Shown in pieces: positions 27,744 through 35,876 of a DNA stretch of 64,000 nt. The number at the start of each line of letters is the position of its first letter. Position 1 is the stretch's first letter. The notes under the pieces were generated by a model. The model was not told the origin of the DNA, ran no database searches, and worked only from the letters and a program-made list of their open reading frames with translations. Source of the DNA: Syntrophaceae bacterium UBA4767 (GTDB taxonomy: Bacteria; Desulfobacterota; Syntrophia; Syntrophales; UBA4767); contig DHHR01000064.1 in NCBI GenBank assembly GCA_002403385.1, positions 782 through 64,781 on the forward strand, given 5' to 3'. A program made the translations under genes and the position numbers.

Positions 27744-28388
27744 TCATAAAGGCGCCTGTTTGCGATGCCGAAAACATTCAATGAAGCCGGGAAGAACAGA
27801 AACAATAATAATGGCGAAAATGACAACCGTAAAATTACGTTTGACGAGAGGAACATTTCCGAAAAGGTACCCCCCCCAGATAAACGTATTAATCCAAAGT
27901 ATCCCCCCAAAGATGCTAAAGCCAATGAAACGCCAGAAGGTCATCTTACCGATACCGGCCACGAAAGGGGCAAAGGTGCGAATAATGGGAATGAAGCGGG
28001 CAATAACAATCGTCTTGCGACCGTATTTTTCGTAAAAATGCTGGGTTCGGTACAAATATTCCTTTTTAAAAAAACGAACATCTTCTCGATGAAAAATCTT
28101 CGGGCCCATGAAATGACCGATAGAATAATTGGTCAAATCTCCAGATATGGCAGCCACGGGCAAAAGCATGAGCAGCCATTTAAGTTCAAGCGCCCCCACC
28201 GCGGCAAAAGCACCCAGCCCAAAAAGAAGTGAATCACCCGGTAGCAAAGGTGTTACAACCAACCCCGTTTCACAAAAAATCATTAAAAAAATGATTAAAT
28301 ATGTCCACCCCCCGAAGTTCTGAATCAGCGCGCCTAAATGCCGATCGAGATGGATAAAAAAATCAATGAAATTGGCGATGAGTTCCAT
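27744..28388 (-). CDS. DedA family membrane protein
   Basis: 214 aa with 'FCETGLVVTPLLPGDSLLF' and 'VIARFIPIIRTFAPFVAG'. Confidence 0.85.
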   Translation of the reverse strand: MELIANFIDFFIHLDRHLGALIQNFGGWTYLIIFLMIFCETGLVVTPLLPGDSLLFGLGAFAAVGALELKWLLMLLPVAAISGDLTNYSIGHFMGPKIFHREDVRFFKKEYLYRTQHFYEKYGRKTIVIARFIPIIRTFAPFVAGIGKMTFWRFIGFSIFGGILWINTFIWGGYLFGNVPLVKRNFTVVIFAIIIVSVLPGFIECFRHRKQAPL

Positions 28389-28466
28389 ATAATGCGATTA
28401 ATGCGATCTGGCAACGCAATTTATGTGGAGTATAAGAAAGCTACCATTGCGTGTCAATGATTATTC

Positions 28467-28614
28467 GAGACCTTTGAAAAACGGCCCCTCACGTCATTCC
28501 GACGCGTCACCCCGATGAAAATCGGGGCGGAATCTATAACGGCTTGAAAACACTGGATTCCGTGTCAAGCACGGAATGACGGCAAGGCGATTTAATCACA
28601 AATTCAAAGGTCTC
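28467..28614 (+). mobile_element. MITE-B copy 1 (148 bp)
   Basis: 12-bp terminal inverted repeats GAGACCTTTGAA / TTCAAAGGTCTC. It is flanked by a 5-bp direct duplication TATTC (28462-28466 and 28615-28619). It is near-identical to 45091-45263. Confidence 0.7.
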
Positions 28615-28702
28615 TATTCAAAAAAATTTTGTGATTCCATCTAATGATATGCTATCTATTTCCCAATTCATTTCCTTGAAAAATAATCTAAAAGCGACAT
28701 AT

Positions 28703-28859
28703 GATGGTCTCGTAAAAAGTCCCAATTGTCACCCTGAGCTTGTCGAAGGGTGAACATAAATAATTGATATTACGTCATGGTTCGACAGAGCCTGTCCTGA
28801 GCCAGCCGAAGGGCTCACCATGACAAAACCCGCGAATTTTGACTTTTTACGAGTTCGTC
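28703..28859 (+). mobile_element. MITE-A copy (157 bp)
   Basis: Imperfect TIRs GATGGTCTCGTAAAAAG / CTTTTTACGAGTTCGTC. It is flanked by a perfect 6-bp duplication ACATAT (28697-28702 and 28860-28865). Internal hairpin modules GTCACCC...GGGTGA and GTCATGG...CCATGAC are present. Confidence 0.7.
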
Positions 28860-28899
28860 ACATATGACATATTATGGAAAGGTAGGTTATTGAGGTCAT

Positions 28900-29253
28900 A
28901 TGCATGAGCTGTCCGTTACAGAAAGCATCCTGAATATTGTTCTGAAACATGCAAAAGCCGGTAATGTTCAGAAAGTCATGGGGGTCAATCTGAGGATCGG
29001 AGTGCTCAGTGATCTTGAAAATGAATGGGTCCAGCGTTATTTCGATTATTTGAGTAAGGGAACAGTCGCCGAGGGAGCCGTCTTAAAGATAGAACGCATA
29101 CCGGCTACCATGCGGTGTGAAAACTGCGGACAGATCACCACTTTTAACCTTCAGGAACTTGAAAAAGATTGGAAGTGCCTAGCCTGCAATGGCGAAAGTT
29201 TGACCCTCGTATCAGGCCGGGAATATTTTATCAAAAATATTGAGGTTATGTGA
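28900..29253 (+). CDS. hypA: Hydrogenase nickel-insertion protein HypA
   Basis: N-terminal 'MHELS' and zinc site 'CENCG...CLACNG'. Confidence 0.9.
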   Translation: MHELSVTESILNIVLKHAKAGNVQKVMGVNLRIGVLSDLENEWVQRYFDYLSKGTVAEGAVLKIERIPATMRCENCGQITTFNLQELEKDWKCLACNGESLTLVSGREYFIKNIEVM

Positions 29254-29924
29254 TGCCAGAGATAAAATTGATTGAGATCAGAGAAGAGATTCTTGCCGAT
29301 AACAAGGTTCTTGCCGAAGAGATTCGTGACCTTCTTCATAAAAAAAGAACTTTCATGCTAAATATCATGTCCTCCCCTGGCAGCGGCAAGACCAGCCTTA
29401 TTCTACAGACCATCCGCAAGATGAAAGGCGCCTTCAAAATAGGTGTCATCGAAGGTGATATTGATTCCACCGTTGATGCAGAAAAGGTCTTGCGGGAAGG
29501 CGTTACGGCGATACAACTCAAGACAGGGGGGTTTTGTCATCTTGATGCTTCCATGCTCCAGAAGGCTTTAAAAGAATTGGATCTTTCCAATCTGGATTTG
29601 ATTATTATTGAAAACGTGGGCAATCTCGTTTGCCCCGCAGAGTTCGATACGGGCTCAATAAAAAATGCCATGATACTGAGTATTCCCGAAGGCGATGACA
29701 AACCACTCAAGTATCCTCTCATGTTCACTGTATGCGATGTTCTCATCGTCAATAAAACGGACTATCTGGAAGGCTCGGACTTTGATATGCAGGCCTTGGA
29801 AAACAGGGTTTTAAAGCTCAATCCTGCCATCAAGATATTCAAACTATCCTGTAAAACAGGCGTAGGCGTGAATACTTGGACCGATTGGCTAGAAGGCGAA
29901 GTTGCAATTTCAAATTACACATAA
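29253..29924 (+). CDS. hypB: Hydrogenase nickel-incorporation GTPase HypB
   Basis: 'SSPGSGKTSL' and 'ENVGNLVCP'. The ATG overlaps the hypA stop (TGATG); GTG 29250 is an alternative start. Confidence 0.9.
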   Translation: MPEIKLIEIREEILADNKVLAEEIRDLLHKKRTFMLNIMSSPGSGKTSLILQTIRKMKGAFKIGVIEGDIDSTVDAEKVLREGVTAIQLKTGGFCHLDASMLQKALKELDLSNLDLIIIENVGNLVCPAEFDTGSIKNAMILSIPEGDDKPLKYPLMFTVCDVLIVNKTDYLEGSDFDMQALENRVLKLNPAIKIFKLSCKTGVGVNTWTDWLEGEVAISNYT

Positions 29925-30001
29925 GCGATAATGATAGCCGTTGGGATCGTTTCATTTCCAAACCGCATGTTAACGGTAATTTTTTGTTAAAGGACATCTG
30001 A

Positions 30002-30373
30002 ATGGAATCCATGAAATTTGTCGTTATTGGTATAATGGCAGGAATTTTTTCCGGATTGTTCGGAATCGGCGGAGGAATCATCATCGTTCCTGCCCTGATT
30101 TATTTTGCCGGGTTTTCCCAACTGTCCGCTGTGGGAACAAGCTTAACCGTCATGCTACCGCCCATAGGGCTCGCGGCAGTTATTGAATACTACAGGCAGG
30201 AACATGTTGATTTGCGCGCCGCCCTTATTATTGCCTTGTTTATGCTCACCGCCGCAGGACTTAGCGCACACTATGCCAACCGATTTAATCCCTCGCATCT
30301 GAGATTTGCATTTGGCCTGTTTATCGCCATCGTTGGCATATATATGATCTTCACAAGCTTCTCTAGAGGTTAA
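30002..30373 (+). CDS. Half-size TauE/SafE (TSUP) family membrane protein
   Basis: 123 aa with about 4 TM segments and 'GLFGIGGGIIIVPAL'. Typical family members are about twice this length. Confidence 0.7.
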   Translation: MESMKFVVIGIMAGIFSGLFGIGGGIIIVPALIYFAGFSQLSAVGTSLTVMLPPIGLAAVIEYYRQEHVDLRAALIIALFMLTAAGLSAHYANRFNPSHLRFAFGLFIAIVGIYMIFTSFSRG

Positions 30374-31302
30374 TTTGAGGAGGCCAACTCATGGAGCGCG
30401 TAATAATCGTAGGTTCGTTTCATGCCTCCCTCAAACGGTGTGTACTGAATACCAAGCATATCATGAATCAAACGCCCCGAGTAGATGAGGTGTTTATCCA
30501 GCGGAAAAGGCAGGGGGATTCTCTGCTGGTCGATGACCTCGATGCTGGCGGTTCGGATGGCCACCCTTTTGCCGGAGACCTCTTTGATTACACCCACAAA
30601 GCGACGATAGGAAATCAGCTCGTCGGCGGCAAGGTTAAAGGCCATGTTATACGCCTTTTCATTTCCCATGCAGACCATAATGATATGCGCCACATCCCAA
30701 ACGGAAACAAACTGGAATAAAGCCAGATCAATGTCCGGCAAAATAACGATTTTGCCCTGGTTAATGAGATCGAAAAAATATCGTTCCCGCGGCGCATAGT
30801 TGTACTTTCCATAGATAATAGCCGGACGCAGGCACGTGTAGCGAGCCTGTAGCTTCTGGCAATGTTTCACCAGTTCCTCTTCCGTTCGCCACTTGTTAAA
30901 CCCATAAAAAGCAGCCTGGGGCCCGAGTTCCGGCTGCGGTCCGGTCAATTTGGGGCTGTCTTCGCGAACGGGCAGAGCAAGCGTATCCTGATAAATGGAT
31001 GTCGTGCTGATAAAGATGTATTGCTGGAATGACCCTTCGGGCAAGGCTGCCATAACGTCTGAAATATCTTTCGGCGCATAGGCGCAAAAGTCCACAACCA
31101 CATCCCATTTAAGCTGCGGTAAGTTCCGGCGGAGCTGTTCCACATCATTTCGGTTACTGACAATTTCTTTGACGCCTGTCATATTAAGCGGCCTGTTGCC
31201 CCGGTTGACCACATAAATAGAGTAATCCGGTTTCCCGCTCAGTTCCTCGACAAAGACCTTGCCGACAAAATAGCTTCCTCCAATAACCAACACATTTTTC
31301 AT
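30370..31302 (-). CDS. NAD-dependent epimerase/dehydratase family protein
   Basis: Rossmann 'VLVIGGSYFVGKVFV'. Its stop shares TTAA with the convergent TSUP gene stop. Confidence 0.8.
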   Translation of the reverse strand: MKNVLVIGGSYFVGKVFVEELSGKPDYSIYVVNRGNRPLNMTGVKEIVSNRNDVEQLRRNLPQLKWDVVVDFCAYAPKDISDVMAALPEGSFQQYIFISTTSIYQDTLALPVREDSPKLTGPQPELGPQAAFYGFNKWRTEEELVKHCQKLQARYTCLRPAIIYGKYNYAPRERYFFDLINQGKIVILPDIDLALFQFVSVWDVAHIIMVCMGNEKAYNMAFNLAADELISYRRFVGVIKEVSGKRVAIRTASIEVIDQQRIPLPFPLDKHLIYSGRLIHDMLGIQYTPFEGGMKRTYDYYALHELASSN

Positions 31303-31311
31303 GTTCGAACC

Positions 31312-32238
31312 TCACCCAATCCAGACGTTGCGTTCCCTTAAAGCTCTGTCCTTAATTTTAGCCTGAATCTGCGGACCGTGATCTAACAGAAAATCGCTTG
31401 AGGAATCACTTAACCTCTGCTGCTTGAAGACTTCTATTATTGCTGCGCATATCTCTTCAATGATATTGATTTTTTCATCATTATCGGTGGACAAAACGAG
31501 TGTATTTATTTTCTCATAAATCATCCCGCCCAGTATGGGAAGAGGCAGGAGGGCGCGATGCATCCATTTATAAAATGGCGTATATGTTTTATTTAAAAGA
31601 AAAATCAGCGAAATGACATCTGCACAAAATTTAGTCTCGGCGTATCGGGCGGCAACAAATTCACCTCTACGGACAGATCGCTTGAAGTTATATTGTCCTG
31701 ATTGTGCAATGGTCATACAGCGGGAAGCCATTTTCTTCAGTCTGACGTCCTCCGGATAGAAGCGGAGAAGCGCCTCTCTCCACCGGGTAAATTCACCGCA
31801 AGGATCAAAAAAAACCTTGCCGTTGGTACAAGCCGCCAGGGAGTTTTCCGGGATGTAAAGCCAATCCATAAGATTTCCGGGAAGACAGGTGGCTCCGATG
31901 AATTTTGCATAGAATTGGGAAATTTCAAAAGCGCCGATACGGTTTTCCCCCCAGTTGCTCGTCATTCTCGGCGCGTAGCCGTTAAATTCTTGGGGAAGTT
32001 TGGATAACTCAACATTAAGCGCATGTCCGATCACGTGATAGTCTTCTTGCGTCAACCATAGGCAAAAACCGGGCCCCCAATCGTGATCTCTGGAAATCTC
32101 ATCGTCAAATCCAAAACATTCCGAACCATCTCCCACCAGCCCTGCAGCAATTCTATCAGCATGGGAAGCAAATTTTTCCCGAATCATGGGGACGCCAATA
32201 GCCTCATAATACCTTTCAGAAAGCTCTAAACCTCTCAT
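31312..32238 (-). CDS. Nucleotidyltransferase-like / DUF4037-type protein
   Basis: 'GLVGDGSECFGFDDEISRDHDWGPGFCLWL' resembles a Pol-beta NTase GS...D.D motif and the DUF4037 family N-terminus. This recognition is from memory. Confidence 0.6.
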   Translation of the reverse strand: MRGLELSERYYEAIGVPMIREKFASHADRIAAGLVGDGSECFGFDDEISRDHDWGPGFCLWLTQEDYHVIGHALNVELSKLPQEFNGYAPRMTSNWGENRIGAFEISQFYAKFIGATCLPGNLMDWLYIPENSLAACTNGKVFFDPCGEFTRWREALLRFYPEDVRLKKMASRCMTIAQSGQYNFKRSVRRGEFVAARYAETKFCADVISLIFLLNKTYTPFYKWMHRALLPLPILGGMIYEKINTLVLSTDNDEKINIIEEICAAIIEVFKQQRLSDSSSDFLLDHGPQIQAKIKDRALRERNVWIG

Positions 32239-32262
32239 TTACCCCTCTCCCTCAATATCCCT

Positions 32263-32817
32263 TTACTCAACAAGACGTCTCAAATTTTCAATGTTTTGCT
32301 TCGTAAGCTCTGCCCGCTCATATTGTTTTTCCTTTTCATACAGGGCCAGTGCTCTTTCAAACCAGTCAAGGGCGGCGAAAGGATCATGCTTCATGGCAAA
32401 AATATACCCGATATTGGTCATCTGATTGGCTGTGCCCATGGTGTGTTCCAACTGCTCAAACAAAAACAGGGAATCATAATAATGCCCTAGCGCCGTATCA
32501 TAATCTTTATTATCCCTGCATACGGACCCCATATTCTGGAGTTGGTCTGCCATACCCAGTTTATTTTCAAGTTCCTTGTAGATGTTACATGCTTCCCGAA
32601 AGCAGGCAAACGCTTTATCGAAATTACGCCGTTTTACATAAATGTGTCCCATATTATTCAACACCTTTGCACAGGCATTCCGGTTATTTGACCTTTCCAA
32701 AAGGAGCAAAGCTTCCTGGTATTGCTTCAGGGCGTTTTCATAATCATCCTGCTCCCACAGAAGGTGCGCCCCCTCAATCAGGGCCTTAGCCTTAAAATCT
32801 ATATCATTCTTTTCCAT
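32263..32817 (-). CDS. Tetratricopeptide repeat protein
   Basis: Repeated 34-residue units (A..Y..AL......N....A..L.N.G.IY). The start is placed at ATG 32817 with a GGGGGAG Shine-Dalgarno. Confidence 0.7.
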   Translation of the reverse strand: MEKNDIDFKAKALIEGAHLLWEQDDYENALKQYQEALLLLERSNNRNACAKVLNNMGHIYVKRRNFDKAFACFREACNIYKELENKLGMADQLQNMGSVCRDNKDYDTALGHYYDSLFLFEQLEHTMGTANQMTNIGYIFAMKHDPFAALDWFERALALYEKEKQYERAELTKQNIENLRRLVE

Positions 32818-33004
32818 CGCACTCCCCCAACATGAATCGTCATCACAAACACCATCCGTGGCACCCTCTAGAAGCAACCGCCCTGCCTGCCGTAGAAACC
32901 AAATAACATTAATTGAACTTCAAATACAAGCGAATTTATTATAGATAATAAGTTTCGTTTGTAAAGGCTCTGAAGTTATTGTCTCCAGTTGCCTCAAATC
33001 CCCC

Positions 33005-33034
33005 TTGACCTGTTTAATGTTAAGATGGTATTTT
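33005..33034 (+). promoter_or_regulatory. Candidate sigma70-type promoter for the downstream RNA candidate
   Basis: TTGACC (33005-33010), an 18-nt spacer, then TATTTT (33029-33034) with TG two nt upstream. Confidence 0.3.
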
Positions 33035-33050
33035 CATTATTGAGACTAAC

Positions 33051-33224
33051 TGAAAATTATTTCACAAGGGATCAAAACCTTTTCCCGACCCTGCAACATC
33101 TCGCTCCGCTGACAGAACAGAAACTCGCGCCATGCGTTCAAACATTTGCCCTGCCTGGCGCTTCGCTGCGACGGCAGGGGACTCGGAAAAAGCTTTGATT
33201 CACCCTTTGCGAAAACAATTTTCA
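33051..33224 (+). ncRNA. Candidate structured sRNA with 6S-RNA-like architecture
   Basis: Positions 33051-33094 pair with 33174-33224 (about 36 bp by hand, a few bulges) and enclose 79 nt. It lies in a 377-bp gap between divergent genes with no convincing coding frame. The strand is not certain. Confidence 0.4.
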
Positions 33225-33254
33225 CTTTAAAATGTAAAAAATAAGGATTTGTCC

Positions 33255-33458
33255 ATGCCTATTTACGAGTTTGAATGCAAGCGCTGCCGTCACGTTTTTG
33301 AGCGGGTCATGAAGGTGGATGAAAAATGTGATCGCCTGCCCTGTCCCGCCTGCGGCGTGAAAAATCCCCGGAAACTGGTCAGTGGGTTCTATACGAACGC
33401 CTGGTCCAATTTCCTGGACACCATGGAAAGAAAGGTCAGCCCGCACAAGTTCAAGTAG
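33255..33458 (+). CDS. FmdB-family zinc-ribbon protein
   Basis: 'MPIYEFECKRCRHVFE...LPCPACG'. AAGGA Shine-Dalgarno at 33243-33247. Confidence 0.8.
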   Translation: MPIYEFECKRCRHVFERVMKVDEKCDRLPCPACGVKNPRKLVSGFYTNAWSNFLDTMERKVSPHKFK

Positions 33459-33630
33459 GTGCTGACAAAAAGGAAAGGAACTCGGTCCCATCCACAAACT
33501 CTACGGTAATCTCAACGGCCTCAAGACGGAACAGATCAATCGCCTCGAACATCTCTATCACAGGAAAATACCTTCCGATTCCATCCTTACCCAGGAACTG
33601 GCCAGGCAACTTACCGAACTTTCCTCACAG

Positions 33631-35127
33631 ATGAACCGCCAAATCGGCATTCTCATCAGCCGCAAGGGAGAAATCGCCTATGTCATTGTAGGCTCACACC
33701 GGAACATCCTGATCCCCAGCCTGGATGCCTTCCGCTCATCATCCACCCGTTTCAAGGGCCTGCGGCTGATCCATACCCACCTAAATGGTGAGGGGCTTAC
33801 CAGCGAGGATTTCACGGATTTGGCGCTCCTGCGACTGGATATCATCTGTGCCGTCGAAACGGATAAAAATGGCCTCCCCGGACATGCCCATTTGGCCCAT
33901 CTGATTCCCGAAAATCAGAAAGGAAAATATTGGCTCGCTCTCAAGCCGACACGACCCTCGGAGCTTGACATCAATTTTTCGTCCTTCATCAGGACACTGG
34001 AAGGAGAGTTTGCCAAAAAGCAAAGTACCCGCAAGGTAGGCGCCGCCGACCGTGCCCTTCTTGTCCGCGTGGAAACAAACCCCCTCTTTAATGCGCAAGG
34101 CTCTCTCGATGAGTTAAAAGAACTGGCCCGATCCTCGGGCATTGAGGTTTTTGACGCCGTCATACAGTACAGGGTTCAACCGGATCCCAGACACTTGCTC
34201 GGCAGGGGGAAACTCTCCGATGTCGTTATCCGGGCGCTCCAGATCGGGGCCAATCTTCTTATCTTCGACCACGAGTTGAACCCCGCTCAGGTGCGTTCCA
34301 TCACCGATTTTACAGAAATGAAGGTCATTGACCGCACGCAGGTAATTCTTGATATATTTGCCCAGCGCGCTCACAGCCGGGAAGGCAAGATCCAGGTGGA
34401 GATGGCTCAACTCAAATATCTTCTGCCGAGACTAATAACAAAAAACACCGCCATGTCCAGATTGACAGGCGGCATCGGAGGGAGAGGCCCCGGCGAAACG
34501 AAACTGGAAATCAACCGGCGGCGTGTCCGGGACAGAATTCACCATCTTGAAGAGGCGCTCAAACATATCCAGCAGGAAAGGCGACAGCGTCGGATCAAGC
34601 GTGATAAAGCTCATCTGCCTATCATCTCCATCGTTGGTTACACCAATGCCGGCAAGTCCACTCTTTTAAATACTCTGACAAATTCCCGGGTTTTCGTGGA
34701 AAACCGCCTCTTTGCCACACTCGATCCCAAAAGTTCAAGGCTCCGCTTTCCAAAGGACACGGAAGCCATCATCACCGATACCGTCGGGTTTATCAGAGAT
34801 CTTCCCCATGAACTCTTTGCCGCTTTTCGGGCCACTCTTGACGAGCTAAGTGAGGCCGACGTTTTGATCCACGTCGTTGATATCAGCAACCCCGCCTTTG
34901 AAAGTCACATCGCATCTGTGGAAAAGATTCTGGAAGAACTCGATATTATCACAAAGCCCACCATCCTCGTTTTCAACAAGGAAGACTGCTTTCCCGACAA
35001 GGTTCTGCTGAAAAACATCTGTAAGCGCTTTGGCGCCATCGCCATCTCGGCTTTTGCTCCCGAAAGTCTGAACGGCTTGATCGAAAAGATGGAAAACATC
35101 ATCAGAAGCTTACGCTTGAGAACTTGA
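33631..35127 (+). CDS. hflX: GTPase HflX; the annotated ATG probably lies inside the true gene
   Basis: G1 'GYTNAGKSTLLN', G3 'DTVGF' and G4 'FNKED'. The frame stays open 55 codons upstream to TGA 33463 and encodes HflX-like sequence with no ATG, GTG or TTG. Confidence 0.85.
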   Translation: MNRQIGILISRKGEIAYVIVGSHRNILIPSLDAFRSSSTRFKGLRLIHTHLNGEGLTSEDFTDLALLRLDIICAVETDKNGLPGHAHLAHLIPENQKGKYWLALKPTRPSELDINFSSFIRTLEGEFAKKQSTRKVGAADRALLVRVETNPLFNAQGSLDELKELARSSGIEVFDAVIQYRVQPDPRHLLGRGKLSDVVIRALQIGANLLIFDHELNPAQVRSITDFTEMKVIDRTQVILDIFAQRAHSREGKIQVEMAQLKYLLPRLITKNTAMSRLTGGIGGRGPGETKLEINRRRVRDRIHHLEEALKHIQQERRQRRIKRDKAHLPIISIVGYTNAGKSTLLNTLTNSRVFVENRLFATLDPKSSRLRFPKDTEAIITDTVGFIRDLPHELFAAFRATLDELSEADVLIHVVDISNPAFESHIASVEKILEELDIITKPTILVFNKEDCFPDKVLLKNICKRFGAIAISAFAPESLNGLIEKMENIIRSLRLRT

Positions 35128-35218
35128 CAAATAAGTTTGCATGTAGCTCGATAGAGCAGCCCTCAAGCAAGGGGTCGGATTTATTTTGAATTAACACTTA
35201 AGGAGAAAAAGACTTCAA

Positions 35219-35580
35219 GTGTTGAAGAAAAAAATTGGCAACAGAAATTCCTTATCTTCAAGGAGATTGACCATAAGTTCTTCAGCAGAAAAAGAAAAAA
35301 TACAGGCAAGTTTCCCAAGGCGCGTTTTATCGTTACCGCTGTTTTTCTCATTGTCGGATTCTTCTTTGCCTGCCGCTGGCTCGTCTGGCGCATTAGACAT
35401 GTAACCACAGACGCCGCTTACATCAAGGCGGATATTGTCAATATCATCCCGGAGGCGCCGGGACAGATCATACAAATCGCCGTCAAAGAAGGCGAGCGCA
35501 TCGAAAAAGGCCGGCTCCTCTTTAAAATTGATCCGGAAGAAACGGAACGGAGGGTTGCCGTGGGACTACTATTCTTTTAA
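35219..35580 (+). pseudogene. Frameshifted, 3'-truncated HlyD/EmrA-family membrane-fusion protein remnant
   Basis: A GTG 35219 frame (MLKKKIGNRNS...) switches at an A-rich run near 35288-35300 into the frame encoding 'FIVTAVFLIVGFFFACRWLVWRIRHVTTDAAYIKADIVNIIPEAPGQIIQIAVKEGERIEKGRLLFKIDPEE'. That frame stops at 35578-35580, well short of a full HlyD protein. Confidence 0.6.
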
Positions 35581-35657
35581 TTTATACAGTTAACAGACAA
35601 GATAAAATTTAAAATGTTATCATTACGTTGGTTCACTCTTTGCAAGATAATATACTT

Positions 35658-35765
35658 GATGGTCTCGTAAAAAGGCGGAGATGTCACCCTGAGCTGTTTG
35701 TCCTGAGCCAACCGAAGGGCTCACCATGACAAAACCCGCGAATTTTGACTTTTTACGATCTTGTC
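35658..35765 (+). mobile_element. MITE-A copy (108 bp, internally deleted form)
   Basis: It has the same ends as the 28703 and 44916 copies. The flanks are ATACTT and AAACTT (5 of 6 identical). It lacks one internal hairpin module. Confidence 0.7.
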
Positions 35766-35876
35766 AAACTTAGAAACAAAGAAATATTTGCTATTGATAC
35801 ATTTTTGTATCATAAAACTGATAATATTTAAGTGGTGATAGTAATACTATAAAAATACTATGAGATAGAAGGCAAA

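Noticed and set aside
28467-28859. Repeated sequences here and at 44916-45263 were considered as a CRISPR array.
   Set aside because: There is no regular repeat-spacer periodicity. The units are 108-173 bp with terminal inverted repeats and flanking duplications. No cas genes are present.
32989-33198. A 69-aa plus-strand ORF in the TPR/fmdB intergenic region.
   Set aside because: It has a non-ATG start, no Shine-Dalgarno and no motifs. The region is better explained by the long-range base pairing of the RNA candidate.
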